Shown here in pieces: positions 29,301 through 40,023 of a stretch of DNA of 64,000 nucleotides. Both the position numbers and the translations under genes were made by a program. This DNA is from a virus. The stretch lies in the IMG/VR virus record IMGVR_UViG_3300025108_000024, positions 28,306-92,305 of that record. One strand, 5' to 3'. The notes under the pieces were generated by a model, which worked only from the letters and a program-made list of their open reading frames with translations, was not told the DNA's origin and did no database searches. Each line of letters starts with the position of its first letter. Position 1 is the stretch's first letter.

Positions 29301-31075
29301 TATCTTAGTCTTTTTCTATTGTGTTTATGTTTAATGTTAGTCCTTTTTGCTGCATCATGCATAGATGAATAATTTACACTCATAGCAGAAGCCTCAACAC
29401 GAAAAGGGCTTTTGTCATAAAAACCTTTAGCTGAGATCTTTACTTTTAATTGTGTCCCTGTAGAAGAAAACACGTGAGATTCATTTGATGCTTTATCATA
29501 AGCTTCATACGTTGAACCATTATCATTAGACACTTGTACATTAACGCTACAATCAGCAGGTATAACAAATGAATCCATGTTATGTAAAAATACCATATCA
29601 ACATTTGCATTGTTTTCTAATGTAAATGTTCCATATGTTACTTCCCAATCACCTATAAGTTCATACGGATGTTGATCTTCCCTATGTATTTTAATTGAAT
29701 GACCATCTGAACCATAACCCAATCTTATCCAGTATTTACTACCATTTGCTGATTCCATTAAAACAGGTGAATGACCATAGTCACTTTGTGCAGTACTTCC
29801 TCTACCGTTAGTAGTTGTATCTTCTTTATGACTAGATCTTCTTTTACTAGCCCAAGTTTTACCTGTACCTATGTCATGATAGCAGAAGTCCATCATTGCC
29901 CATCCTCTATCTGCACCAACAAACATAAAATTCTTTGAACCTGGTAGCTTATCAGTAGGCGTTCCTTCTGTTTTTTGATACTTAGCTCCTACTCTTAGAT
30001 AACCTGGTTGATTAACATTTGTAGTTACATTGTTTAGTGCGTTAGCTTCCATTACATTTGGAACTCCTCCGGTAAAACACGGTGTGTAATCTACTTTTAG
30101 TATATAATCATACCCTCCACACATGATGATATTTGGTTCTGAGTTAGGATTTACAATAAATAAACCAGGATCTCTGTTATAACCATTGACAGTCTTAGCC
30201 GAATTAGCTGAAGTTGTATCTTCTAAATCACACCATAATGTCTGAGGTGTGGATGTTGATGCATTTAATATTACTGTAAAACCACCATTACCTTCATAAT
30301 TCCAATAGTACATTCTATCATTTACTTCATCATAAGATAAAGAAGCACGGTAACCATTTCTATCATTGGTTGCAGAACCCTCATATTTGTATACTGAAGA
30401 TTCAAGCATTTGCTGTTCTCCTGTACGCAAGTTTCTTCTTGGAAATTTTCTATAATGTCTTGCATCATGTTCACTTGCATATATCCAATCACCAGCAGCA
30501 CATAAACCACCAGCATACCAGTACCCTGTTCTTCTAACATACCCGTTAGCTCTTGAATTTGTACCGGATGGATCTATAAAGTCTGTTGGATTTGGGTGTG
30601 TTGGTCTATCTTCTCTAATTACAAGACCACCATTAGTTGTACCATCTTTAGCACCTCTATAGTCAAATATAGAATAACCGTATACATTGTAACTCATTAC
30701 AACGGCTTTTCCTACGCCTTTAGCCATTGCTGCAGATTGCATGTGATTATATGTAGAACCAGTGTCTCTCCATAAAGCATGACTATCATGATATAGTTTT
30801 GTCATAGACCCATCATTGTTAAGTCTTCTAAAAGCAACACCGTCTCCCCAACCACAAGTCATTAATATATCTCCATCTATATCATATGAATTATGTCCAC
30901 CTATACATCTTTCACCACCATCATATTCACCTGATCCACTATTAACAATAGCATTACTCATACCTCCCTTTTGAACAGGGCCTAACGTATGAGTACCTTC
31001 ATGGTCTGACATAAAACAACCAGTGACAACTGAAGCTGAATTTCTATCTAATATTGCGCTTGAAAATCTAGCCAT
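29300..31075 (-). CDS. Tail-associated protein, probable beta-propeller / receptor-binding
   Basis: 591 aa, beta-rich; C-terminal VQVSNDNGSTY...FSSTGTQLKVK motif; lies within the fibre block. Confidence 0.45.
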   Translation of the reverse strand: MARFSSAILDRNSASVVTGCFMSDHEGTHTLGPVQKGGMSNAIVNSGSGEYDGGERCIGGHNSYDIDGDILMTCGWGDGVAFRRLNNDGSMTKLYHDSHALWRDTGSTYNHMQSAAMAKGVGKAVVMSYNVYGYSIFDYRGAKDGTTNGGLVIREDRPTHPNPTDFIDPSGTNSRANGYVRRTGYWYAGGLCAAGDWIYASEHDARHYRKFPRRNLRTGEQQMLESSVYKYEGSATNDRNGYRASLSYDEVNDRMYYWNYEGNGGFTVILNASTSTPQTLWCDLEDTTSANSAKTVNGYNRDPGLFIVNPNSEPNIIMCGGYDYILKVDYTPCFTGGVPNVMEANALNNVTTNVNQPGYLRVGAKYQKTEGTPTDKLPGSKNFMFVGADRGWAMMDFCYHDIGTGKTWASKRRSSHKEDTTTNGRGSTAQSDYGHSPVLMESANGSKYWIRLGYGSDGHSIKIHREDQHPYELIGDWEVTYGTFTLENNANVDMVFLHNMDSFVIPADCSVNVQVSNDNGSTYEAYDKASNESHVFSSTGTQLKVKISAKGFYDKSPFRVEASAMSVNYSSMHDAAKRTNIKHKHNRKRLR

Positions 31076-31229
31076 TCTTTAAGTTTTTTATTTTTTCTTC
31101 ACAATGTAGTATACCTTTCTCTAGTAAAACTTTTAAAGTTAAGTCACTATTTTCTATAGAAGTTTCATTTTCTAAATCAGCTTTATATTGCTCTAATTGC
31201 AATTCCCAATATTCTAAACTTTCTTCCAT
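31068..31229 (-). CDS. Small acidic helical protein (53 aa, MEESLEYWELQ...), possible fibre chaperone
   Basis: Fills the gap between two fibre genes and overlaps the next start; not in the ORF track. Confidence 0.6.
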   Translation of the reverse strand: MEESLEYWELQLEQYKADLENETSIENSDLTLKVLLEKGILHCEEKIKNLKNG

Positions 31230-31230
31230 A

Positions 31231-34200
31231 TTAATTATATATTACGTCAACCCAAAACTGAGTAAAGTTATCATCTTTTGATACAGCATGCATAAATGAA
31301 GTATTTAATCCATCATATAATAGTGTAGCATTAGCCTTGCTTAAAGAACCTTTGTCAGCATGAGTTTGCCCATATAGTTTATAAGTGTTTATAAACCTTG
31401 AGTTAATTGAAGGTTGATCCCATTGAATAAAGTGAGCTGTATTTAAAGAAACAGTATATATATTTGCTACATCATTAGTTGGTGTAGTATAATCAATTGC
31501 TGCTGTCAAAGGATCGGAATAAATACCATTCCTCACAGCATAAACTCTATAATGTATTTTACCTGATTCTGTAAATGAGTCATCTATAACACTCATATTC
31601 TTTGCAAAATCTTCAGGAGAAAAAACTGATATTAAACCAAAGCTACTATCATTAACAGCACTAAATACCAAATACTCATGATTAGCTTCACCAGCTTGTT
31701 CAAAGGTTACATTAATAGTATCATTTACAACACTTAATGATAAGTTAACTGGTTTAGCAGGTTTAGATATTCCTAAATTTGCAGCAGTTAACGTTCTTGT
31801 AGAATGTGATTGAATAACACCATCAGTCATATTTAACTGATCAATTACTATTGCACCACTTGTATTAATATCTGAATCAGTACCAATTATTGTATTGAAT
31901 GCTAGACTTGGTTTATTAAGTATTAAAGCATCACCGCTTGTTGCATTCCAATCTGCCTGAACATTCTTTTCAGCATCAACAGGAGCATAGGAAGTAGGAA
32001 TGTTATCTGCTGTTACATTTCCTGAAACAATAAGATTTGCATTTCCATTACTAGCAGGTTTTAAAACCATTGCATCATAAAGAGTACTTCCTGAAGGTGT
32101 AAATCTCCATCTCCACCAATCATTATTATTGTCATCAGTTAAATTAAAATCAAAGTAAGTATGCGTACCATCTATAGTTGTTGTTATAGATGCAGCATCT
32201 GATGATTGTGCAGCAAATGTCAAGTTTGTAACTCCTGTTAATGAAGTATGATTGTGACTACTTGGTGCAAACGTACTAGGTTTGTTTTTTATAAACGCAT
32301 CACCTGAAGTAGCATTCCAGTCTGATTGTACGTTTTTCTCAGCATCTGTAGGTGCATGAGTTGCTTGACTATGTGTATATGCAGTATCCCAATTAGAATC
32401 TTTTCTTGTTCCTGCTCCAGTTCCACTTGCAGGTTTAGAATATATACCTTCTTTATACATTAACTTACCATCGGCAAGTATTGTGATATCTGTTTCAGTA
32501 CCACCTATAACAAACGATTCACCACTACCATAAGAAGCACTATTTGAGTGACTATATTTAATATGTCCAATTTGAGAATCAGGGACATTAGTACTAAATG
32601 TAAGATTAGTAGGTTGACCATTTATTGTGGATCTTAAATTAAGTGCATCACCATTTTGTTCTATTGTTATAGCACCATTAAACGTTCCACCATTTTTAGC
32701 AGAGACAAAATCTGTAGGAATAGTTCCTGTGGCATAACCTGCATCAGCATGGTTACCCCATCCATGTGCTGTTACCCCATTAGCAACATCTGTCACGCTA
32801 AAATCTAAACTATGATGATATCTTCTCCAATCAGACCATACAGTATTGTATCCTCTTGAATATAAGTCTCCTGTTTGAAAATGAGTTGCTAATTGACCTG
32901 TTACATTACCACCATTACCAAAAGTAGATATAGCATAATGTTCATTTGTTGGGTTTTTAGTAGTAGGATTTATTCTTCTGCTTGAAGGTGTTTGATAATC
33001 AGGAGTTGATCCATCACCTATTTGCTTAACAAAACCTAAGCTGTCAATACCATCTAGTTTTTCAGAGTCGGCAGCCTTAGCGTTAGATGCAAGGTAACCT
33101 CCTTTAGCGTGGTCACCCCATCCATATGCAGTAACTCCGTTAGCAACATCCGTTGTAGAAAAGTTATCTGTTGTGTGAACTTGTGCCCAGTCTTCTTGCC
33201 AAGTACCACTTCTTTTATTTCTTATATGAAGCTCTCTTTGATGAAAGTCTTCAAACATCTGAACTGCCCAATCTGATGAATCCCAATACTTAGTGGTTAG
33301 TATACCATCTGATGCTCCAACTGGATCATCTGATGCACCACTTACATCCCATATATGAATACCTGATTGTTTTACAGTATCACCATTTGCATTTAATCTA
33401 GGGTTTAATTTTAAATATCTACCATCATGGTTGTGACTTGAAGGATCAAATGTAGTAGGTTTGTCTTCTATTTCACTCCAAGTAGGTTTATGACCTTCAG
33501 AATATAAGGCATTGCCATTATGTTTTAAAAGACTGCTTGCATTTGTAGCAAAAGCAATACCATCATTAGAATCGTTCTGTGAACTAATAACTAAAACTGA
33601 ACCACCGTGACCACCAGTGTTTTCAGTGTGACTTATATAAGCTCTATCTGAAAAATCTGTTGTGCCTTCTTTATCAAAGCCGGTGAAATCAATCATTCTA
33701 CCTTGATTAGCCGTTGTAACGTCACCTGTTAAAAGTATATTACCTTTTATACTAAGGTCACCGGTCATAGTATCTCCTGTAACATTTACATAATCAGCAT
33801 CGTGATTATGAGATCCAGATGCAAAACCTTGACTACCTACCCATGTTTGTGTTGCTAAATTATCACCTGCGGATTTTGGTAATGCTTGAAAGTTTACACT
33901 TCCACTATAATCCCAAGTCCAAGGGTCTAATGTTTGACCACCAGAATAATTACTTAATAAAAATAAACTCTGAAACTGAAAATAATCATGAGATGCATCA
34001 GTCCAATCAATATCAATCTCAACACGCATCTCGTTTTTACCATCATGTAAAGAACTAGTTGTGTGCACATTCATACCACGTTGGAAATTGGAATAAGTCC
34101 ATCTGGTCTTTTCATTCCAATTAGTTCCGTCAAACGTTTCTATTTTAACATCACATGTATGATCTTTTGTGTCTGACCAAGAACCTTGCAAAACAAACAA

Positions 34201-35316
34201 AGCTGTTGTTGGCCATCCACTACTTCTATTTATAACAAATCTAAAACGCTTGTTTGCGTGTTGTAAACTAAAACCAGTTTCTTCTCTACCATCAAATAAA
34301 ACATCTAAACTTTGACTCCAAGCTTCCCAAGCAGTTCCATTCCAAAATTCAACGTCTTTATAGCTTCTAAATCTAAAAGTATCAAAAACACTATTTTCAG
34401 TAAATAAACGTAAATAGTTTGCTTGATTATAAGAATCATAAAACTGCTGTCCATCAGAAAATGAATGATACTTGTGACCTAAATATTCATAACGTCCATC
34501 TAAGTCTACTGTTTGATTTGTATTACCTGTTACAGTAAGAGTTAGTTTACCATTACTAGTACTAAAGCTAGCACCTGATAAATAATGATTTGTATCTGTA
34601 TTTGTATCTGTAGAAGTTATTGTTACTTTACCTCCAGCACCGTAGCTAAGTGAAACATTTGTTCCTCCAATAAGGTCTAATGTTCCTCCAGACTGTACGG
34701 AAGTACGTTGTACACCGTTAGTCTTTAAATTCCATGATGTATAGTTATCATATACAAGACTATCTATGTAAGACCAAATTCCCCCACTTTTAACTAAAGC
34801 ACCACTATTTTGTGTAGGTACACTATTAACAATAGGCCCTATATTAACTTGACCCGTTTCTGTATCAGTTGATGTACTTATAGAAACACCATCACCACCT
34901 ACAGACTGTATAGGAGCTATATCTAATATGCTGTCATTAATATAAGTCCATATAGTTCCACTAGTAACTAATGCTGTACCCGTTTCTGTAATTGTATTAT
35001 TAAAAATAGGAGTTACAACAACCTCACCTGTATCAAGATCTGTGATTGTACTAATTGTTGTACCGTTACCCCTAACTGCTTGAACATATCTACCATCAAG
35101 GTCAATTGTAACATCTGCAGAACCAGTTACTGTTGCAGTTAAAACACCAGTACCTGTATCAAAAGATAAACCGGAAAGAAACTTATTGCTTCCTGTTGAT
35201 TGTGTTGCCCATGTTAATTGACCTGAACCATCAGTTACTAAAACTTGACCGTTGGTTCCATCTGTCATGGGGAAATAAAATTCCCCATGTTTTAGATGTG
35301 ATAGTGATTTGATCAT
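31231..35316 (-). CDS. Long modular tail fibre (1361 aa) with internal repeats, HxH sites, knob-like domains and C-terminal FN3-like domains
   Basis: DGTNGQVLVTDGSGQLTW, repeated LDGRY, GWG.HA, Q.DWNATSGDA.I.NKP and SHNH motifs. Confidence 0.85.
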   Translation of the reverse strand: MIKSLSHLKHGEFYFPMTDGTNGQVLVTDGSGQLTWATQSTGSNKFLSGLSFDTGTGVLTATVTGSADVTIDLDGRYVQAVRGNGTTISTITDLDTGEVVVTPIFNNTITETGTALVTSGTIWTYINDSILDIAPIQSVGGDGVSISTSTDTETGQVNIGPIVNSVPTQNSGALVKSGGIWSYIDSLVYDNYTSWNLKTNGVQRTSVQSGGTLDLIGGTNVSLSYGAGGKVTITSTDTNTDTNHYLSGASFSTSNGKLTLTVTGNTNQTVDLDGRYEYLGHKYHSFSDGQQFYDSYNQANYLRLFTENSVFDTFRFRSYKDVEFWNGTAWEAWSQSLDVLFDGREETGFSLQHANKRFRFVINRSSGWPTTALFVLQGSWSDTKDHTCDVKIETFDGTNWNEKTRWTYSNFQRGMNVHTTSSLHDGKNEMRVEIDIDWTDASHDYFQFQSLFLLSNYSGGQTLDPWTWDYSGSVNFQALPKSAGDNLATQTWVGSQGFASGSHNHDADYVNVTGDTMTGDLSIKGNILLTGDVTTANQGRMIDFTGFDKEGTTDFSDRAYISHTENTGGHGGSVLVISSQNDSNDGIAFATNASSLLKHNGNALYSEGHKPTWSEIEDKPTTFDPSSHNHDGRYLKLNPRLNANGDTVKQSGIHIWDVSGASDDPVGASDGILTTKYWDSSDWAVQMFEDFHQRELHIRNKRSGTWQEDWAQVHTTDNFSTTDVANGVTAYGWGDHAKGGYLASNAKAADSEKLDGIDSLGFVKQIGDGSTPDYQTPSSRRINPTTKNPTNEHYAISTFGNGGNVTGQLATHFQTGDLYSRGYNTVWSDWRRYHHSLDFSVTDVANGVTAHGWGNHADAGYATGTIPTDFVSAKNGGTFNGAITIEQNGDALNLRSTINGQPTNLTFSTNVPDSQIGHIKYSHSNSASYGSGESFVIGGTETDITILADGKLMYKEGIYSKPASGTGAGTRKDSNWDTAYTHSQATHAPTDAEKNVQSDWNATSGDAFIKNKPSTFAPSSHNHTSLTGVTNLTFAAQSSDAASITTTIDGTHTYFDFNLTDDNNNDWWRWRFTPSGSTLYDAMVLKPASNGNANLIVSGNVTADNIPTSYAPVDAEKNVQADWNATSGDALILNKPSLAFNTIIGTDSDINTSGAIVIDQLNMTDGVIQSHSTRTLTAANLGISKPAKPVNLSLSVVNDTINVTFEQAGEANHEYLVFSAVNDSSFGLISVFSPEDFAKNMSVIDDSFTESGKIHYRVYAVRNGIYSDPLTAAIDYTTPTNDVANIYTVSLNTAHFIQWDQPSINSRFINTYKLYGQTHADKGSLSKANATLLYDGLNTSFMHAVSKDDNFTQFWVDVIYN

Positions 35317-35338
35317 AATTAATTATTATAAATTTATT

Positions 35339-37297
35339 TTAGCATACTGCTATAATACATACTTCAAGCATTCCTGCAGGTATCATATCTGTTTGTATAA
35401 CTACCTTCATTTTATCTACTTGTATTATACTGGTATGAACTACTTCTTTTATATCTGCTACTTCTACTTGACCAAATACAGGTTCTTTTGGTTGAGTTAT
35501 CATCCACACTTGAACAATAATATGCTCACAGTTAAGACCATGCTCTACCGGAAGTCCTTCTTTAACAAATTCTTCAGCTTGATATTGTTTAACAAATCTT
35601 TTAGCGGCTTGTCTATTTGCAACTAAATCACTAGCTGCTTTAGGAGTTACTGCTCTTTCAGTATCAGTACCTGCAATTGCTTCAGCACTTGTTGCTAATT
35701 CAACAACACCTAATTGATCTACGCTGGTAGTATCAACAGTTAAAGCTACAACAGAACCTTCACCCGATCCAGAACCATTCAATGCACCACTTGTACTAAG
35801 TGTTGCTACATAGTCTCCTGTTGTATCTGTACCTAGGGCAACAGAGTCAGGAGCTACACCAGATGCAACAACAGTTGCCGTAAGAGTTACATCCGCACTA
35901 CCATCAATTTCTACAGAACCAGTAGCATCTCCTGCTAAAGTAATTGTTCTTGCTGTAGTCCATTTATTAGCATCAGCTGCAGTTCCATCTAAATCACCAA
36001 TGAATGCATTAGCACGTACGTCATAACTAGCACCAAAGTCCCATCTATCACCTGCTTCATCCCAAAGTAAGAATACATTGTCTGATGTACCTCTTTGAAT
36101 TTCAATACCCGCATTTTCAGTAGGAGCTCCAGTTTCTTCTGCATTTAATTTAATAATAGCATCTCCTATGTTTACTTCATTAGCATCTTTAGTAAGTAAA
36201 GTACCAGCAACAGTTAAGTTACCAGGAATAGAAACAGTTGTTGTTCCTCCACCAATTGTAAGTATTTTTGCACCAATAGAAGCTGCAATAGAAGCATCTG
36301 CTGCAGTAAAGTCTAATCCAGTTAAACCAGCTATAGAAGTTGACGTACCACCAAGAGCTACCGTAGTAGATCCATATGTTACACTACTATTTTTTAGTTT
36401 TCCATTCTCTATACTAAGAGCATCAATACCTAAAGTAATGGTACCACTAGTAGTAATAGGAGAACCACTCACACTAATTCCATCATTACCTGTAACTTCT
36501 ACAGACGTTACACCTGTAAAATTGTTAAATGGTAAATCTGATAATTTATAACTTCTAGCTTCAGCAGCTGTTTTATCTTCTCCTTCAACAAAACTTGAAA
36601 GTAGTACATCAAATTCCGGAGTAACTTTTACCTTACCAGCACCACCGGCTAATACAACGTTATCTCCTTCTTCATAATCTACATCTACAGTTACAGAACC
36701 ACCCAATGCTACTGCACCACCAGTTGTTAAACCGTCACCAGCCGTAATAGTAACACTACTATTTGCAAGTGAACTATTAGGTATACTTGAAAGGCCTAAC
36801 TTAATAGTCCCTGAAGTTGTAATTGGTGAACCTGAATCTACATCAATACCGTCTGAACCTTCAATTGTTACAGAAGTAACTGTACCTAAATTATCTGTAA
36901 ACGGTAATGCAGCTACATCATAATACTTTACATCATCATTTGTATCAGATACTGCAATATGCATTGCTGTACTAACATCTCCGGTACCTGCACCAGCAGC
37001 TAAAATAAAGTTATCTGCACCAGCATAATCTACATCCACTGTTACTGAACCGGAAGTACCACCCCCAGTTAAACCTGTACCAGCTACTACTCCTGTAATA
37101 TCACCTGCTGCACTGACCCATGCAGCACCATCCCACACCTCAAGAGCTTTATCTGTTGAGTTGTATATAATTTGTCCTGCACCTGGAGATGCAGGTTTTG
37201 ACGTTGCAGCTACATTATGAACTACAGCATTCTGCAATTCATATCCCTGCATGTCAATGTTCAACGTCTCTAAATGAGACAAATACTTAATTGCCAT
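35339..37297 (-). CDS. Tail fibre protein (652 aa)
   Basis: GDITGVVAGTGLTGGG, TARTITLAGDATGS and GVVELATSAEAIAGTDTERAVTPK fibre motifs. Confidence 0.85.
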   Translation of the reverse strand: MAIKYLSHLETLNIDMQGYELQNAVVHNVAATSKPASPGAGQIIYNSTDKALEVWDGAAWVSAAGDITGVVAGTGLTGGGTSGSVTVDVDYAGADNFILAAGAGTGDVSTAMHIAVSDTNDDVKYYDVAALPFTDNLGTVTSVTIEGSDGIDVDSGSPITTSGTIKLGLSSIPNSSLANSSVTITAGDGLTTGGAVALGGSVTVDVDYEEGDNVVLAGGAGKVKVTPEFDVLLSSFVEGEDKTAAEARSYKLSDLPFNNFTGVTSVEVTGNDGISVSGSPITTSGTITLGIDALSIENGKLKNSSVTYGSTTVALGGTSTSIAGLTGLDFTAADASIAASIGAKILTIGGGTTTVSIPGNLTVAGTLLTKDANEVNIGDAIIKLNAEETGAPTENAGIEIQRGTSDNVFLLWDEAGDRWDFGASYDVRANAFIGDLDGTAADANKWTTARTITLAGDATGSVEIDGSADVTLTATVVASGVAPDSVALGTDTTGDYVATLSTSGALNGSGSGEGSVVALTVDTTSVDQLGVVELATSAEAIAGTDTERAVTPKAASDLVANRQAAKRFVKQYQAEEFVKEGLPVEHGLNCEHIIVQVWMITQPKEPVFGQVEVADIKEVVHTSIIQVDKMKVVIQTDMIPAGMLEVCIIAVC

Positions 37298-37332
37298 AAT
37301 TGTTTTTTTTATTTATTAATTAGTTGTTTACT

Positions 37333-37887
37333 CTATGTTAAATAAGCTCTTCCAGAAACTGCAACGTCAAAGGTAACAAGCATATTATTTTTATCTATAT
37401 TAGTTATTTCTCCTTGTATATCTGTACCATCTAATAACTCAAGTCTTACATTTGGATACTTATCTAAATTGTGTTCTATTTCCCATGTTATAGAATCTTC
37501 TGGTTGTGTAAATACATAATCATCATCTTTCTGACTATCAATTCTTGAAGTTAATTCTTGAATAGATTTTAATATATTATCCAATACACTTGTGTCAGGA
37601 CAATATGTTACAGGAGCACATGAAGCTGTTTTAGCACTTGATGTACTAGGAGCTTCTTGATAAGGTGTACTCTTCAAAAATCCTTTTGATTCAACAGCAG
37701 TGTCATTACATGTCTGTTCACATGTAGCTTTTTCTTGCCAATCACATAACTCTTTATTTATAGTGGCTGCTTCCTCATCTATAATACAACAAGGATTCAT
37801 CCCAAACCTAAGAGATACAAAGTTTTTGTACACTGCAGTTGCAAATTTTCTTTCTATTTCAATTTTTTTGATCAGTGTATTATCCAT
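37333..37887 (-). CDS. Tail/collar structural protein
   Basis: WEIEHNLDKYPNV...SGRAYL C-terminal motif seen in Bacteroidota phage tail proteins; Cys-rich N-terminus. Confidence 0.5.
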   Translation of the reverse strand: MDNTLIKKIEIERKFATAVYKNFVSLRFGMNPCCIIDEEAATINKELCDWQEKATCEQTCNDTAVESKGFLKSTPYQEAPSTSSAKTASCAPVTYCPDTSVLDNILKSIQELTSRIDSQKDDDYVFTQPEDSITWEIEHNLDKYPNVRLELLDGTDIQGEITNIDKNNMLVTFDVAVSGRAYLT

Positions 37888-37891
37888 TTTA

Positions 37892-38023
37892 TTATTTTTT
37901 TACAGTACTTTTTAAATCTGCTTCATAAGAAGTCTTACATGTTTTATGTACTGTTGCTCCATCTTTAGCCCGTGTTTTTTGACAACCGCACGTAAATGGT
38001 TTTTTACATTTTACACAATTCAT
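37892..38023 (-). CDS. Small zinc-finger-like protein (43 aa, MNCVKCKKPFTCGCQK...HKTC)
   Basis: CxxC, CxC and HxxC motifs; AAACCAA leader; fills the intergenic gap. Confidence 0.7.
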   Translation of the reverse strand: MNCVKCKKPFTCGCQKTRAKDGATVHKTCKTSYEADLKSTVKK

Positions 38024-38041
38024 AGTTTGGTTTATTTATAT

Positions 38042-38593
38042 TTAACAACCTGCAGTTTTGCAAGATATTTTCTGTAATCTTTTTTTAGCATAGTCATATA
38101 ATGAAATACCTTCTTGTGGGCTATTGCAATATTCTACTTTAGCTACAGCTGCATCTATAAGAGTTCTTATATATTTCATTTCATCTATTAGTTCTTTTCT
38201 TTCACTATGTGGCTCACAGTCTTTTACATCAATATGACATAGAGTTTCATAGTATAAAGTAAGTAAGCTAGTAACTCTTAAGTGATTATATTCAACATAT
38301 ACTTTCTCAACAGGAGCTACACTATATCTTATTACATAAATACCATCTCTGAGGTTAGTCCTTACTGTTCCACAATTTTCTGTTTGAACTGCAAGTTGAC
38401 ATGCATTTAAATGTAAATTGAAGTCTGGATCAACTTCTATTAATACGGGTACATTATACCCAGGGGATGTTATAAGTAGTTCACTGCAATCTATATCTAA
38501 ATTAGAAGAGTATTGACTAGTGTCACGGACACTAAATATCTCTCTATTAGATACTGTAGGAACTTCTAAACTTAATATATGCTTATCAGCCAT
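38042..38593 (-). CDS. Tail hub / fibre-docking structural protein
   Basis: LRDGIYVIRYSVAP motif as in crAss-like tail hub proteins; first gene of the fibre operon. Confidence 0.5.
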   Translation of the reverse strand: MADKHILSLEVPTVSNREIFSVRDTSQYSSNLDIDCSELLITSPGYNVPVLIEVDPDFNLHLNACQLAVQTENCGTVRTNLRDGIYVIRYSVAPVEKVYVEYNHLRVTSLLTLYYETLCHIDVKDCEPHSERKELIDEMKYIRTLIDAAVAKVEYCNSPQEGISLYDYAKKRLQKISCKTAGC

Positions 38594-38629
38594 AATGAAT
38601 AAATTTTATAAATACTATACTACATAGAT

Positions 38630-38639
38630 AATATACAAA
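38630..38639 (-). promoter_or_regulatory. Late promoter motif TTTGTATATT
   Basis: Exact copy upstream of the fibre operon, just after a terminator. Confidence 0.7.
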
Positions 38640-38660
38640 AAATCAAGGAGATTTGAAAAT

Positions 38661-38692
38661 AAAAAAGGTGAAGGATTTCTCCCTCACCTTTT
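38661..38692 (-). terminator. Intrinsic terminator (potentially bidirectional)
   Basis: AAAAGGTGAGG-loop-CCTTCACCTTTTTT. Confidence 0.8.
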
Positions 38693-38724
38693 GTTTATAA
38701 TAGATTTTTTATTTTAACCTATTC

Positions 38725-39942
38725 TTATGGATTAGTTTGTTGATCAATAGCAGTTTCTCTTACTAGTGGATTACCAGATTGATTAGCTGCATCAACTAAA
38801 GCATCAAGTAAACCTTCCACTGCAGCTTGAGTTGCCGTATCATCACATTTTACAAACACCTCATATACATATTGATCATTATCAAATACACTTGTTGCAT
38901 TGTTCAAACGTGGAATGCTGTGTTGTACATAATAAGTCTTGTATAGAGCAGAACGATCTACTGCAGAAATTACTTCTTCAGAACCTTCAATCTCACGCAT
39001 ACGTATTGCATCTACATTTCCTTGGTGGAATGGTGCTTGTCCGTAAGATTCAGTTAATAGAATATTTCTAAGTACACCTTCTCCAGAAGTTTGTTGCATT
39101 GTACCTGCTGTACTTGTTACAGTACCACAGTCATTACATGGATTTCCTGTTTCATCTAGCATTGAAGCTACTAATTGAACTGGTTCTTTTCCGTGATAAT
39201 CACGTGTATCAAAAGAACAGTCTCCAAACTTAGTATCTACATAAGCACCTTGAAAACTAATTGCTGCAGTTACTTCGTCACCTACTGGATCTGTTGATGG
39301 AGTATAAGTTCCATCTACTATTTCAGCAAATGTATATGATGTAGCTACACCAGCTACTGTTACTACAATTCCACCTTCTTTAATGAATGGAGCAACAATA
39401 GGATCTGCAATTATCATTCTACCAATTTTTGCTAACGCTACTGCTGGATCAAGAAATTCTTGTCCTTCAATACAACATAAACCTGGATCACTACCTTCTC
39501 CGATAGAATCTCCAATAGCATATGCATTACGGTTTAAGAAACGTAAAGCTGGTGCACCTTTTACGTCTAAACGTAACATTAGGTTTTCACCACATGGATG
39601 ACATTTTGATCCTACTGCAACTGTTACACTTGCTGGAGTTGCATTAATACATTCTGATTCCCAGATTCTTGTTAAATACTTAGGATTGATTCCTTTTGAT
39701 TTAACTGATTCTGCATAACCACCATGATTGCCGTTTCCACCAATAGTGTCACTTGCGTGTAAAGATCCTTGTACTAAGTAAGCCAAACCAGGTACTGCTA
39801 AAGCACCAGTGTTTGCTTTCCAAGTTTTTCCATCAACTAGTGCAAGTTGTCCTGCAGCTAAGTCTTGGGTTTTTGTTCCATTAGCAGCACTTGCGTCAAC
39901 TGCTAAAAAGCTTTTATAAAAAGCATGATTAAAATAAGCCAT
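38725..39942 (-). CDS. Auxiliary capsid / abundant structural protein
   Basis: 405 aa with its own promoter motif and terminator; position in the crAss-like capsid block. Confidence 0.55.
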   Translation of the reverse strand: MAYFNHAFYKSFLAVDASAANGTKTQDLAAGQLALVDGKTWKANTGALAVPGLAYLVQGSLHASDTIGGNGNHGGYAESVKSKGINPKYLTRIWESECINATPASVTVAVGSKCHPCGENLMLRLDVKGAPALRFLNRNAYAIGDSIGEGSDPGLCCIEGQEFLDPAVALAKIGRMIIADPIVAPFIKEGGIVVTVAGVATSYTFAEIVDGTYTPSTDPVGDEVTAAISFQGAYVDTKFGDCSFDTRDYHGKEPVQLVASMLDETGNPCNDCGTVTSTAGTMQQTSGEGVLRNILLTESYGQAPFHQGNVDAIRMREIEGSEEVISAVDRSALYKTYYVQHSIPRLNNATSVFDNDQYVYEVFVKCDDTATQAAVEGLLDALVDAANQSGNPLVRETAIDQQTNP

Positions 39943-39994
39943 TGTTTTTCAATTTTAAATTATAAATAAAGTTATTGTACGTTTGTACATATAT

Positions 39995-40004
39995 AATATA
40001 CAAA
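39995..40004 (-). promoter_or_regulatory. Late promoter motif TTTGTATATT
   Basis: Exact copy upstream of the gene starting at 39942. Confidence 0.7.
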
Positions 40005-40023
40005 TATTTTTTCATATAAGCAA

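Noticed and set aside
24978-37297. Diversity-generating retroelement or invertible shufflon acting on tail fibres
   Set aside because: No reverse transcriptase or recombinase in the window, and no adenine-specific TR/VR pair or inverted repeats seen; the repeats are diverged protein-level duplications.
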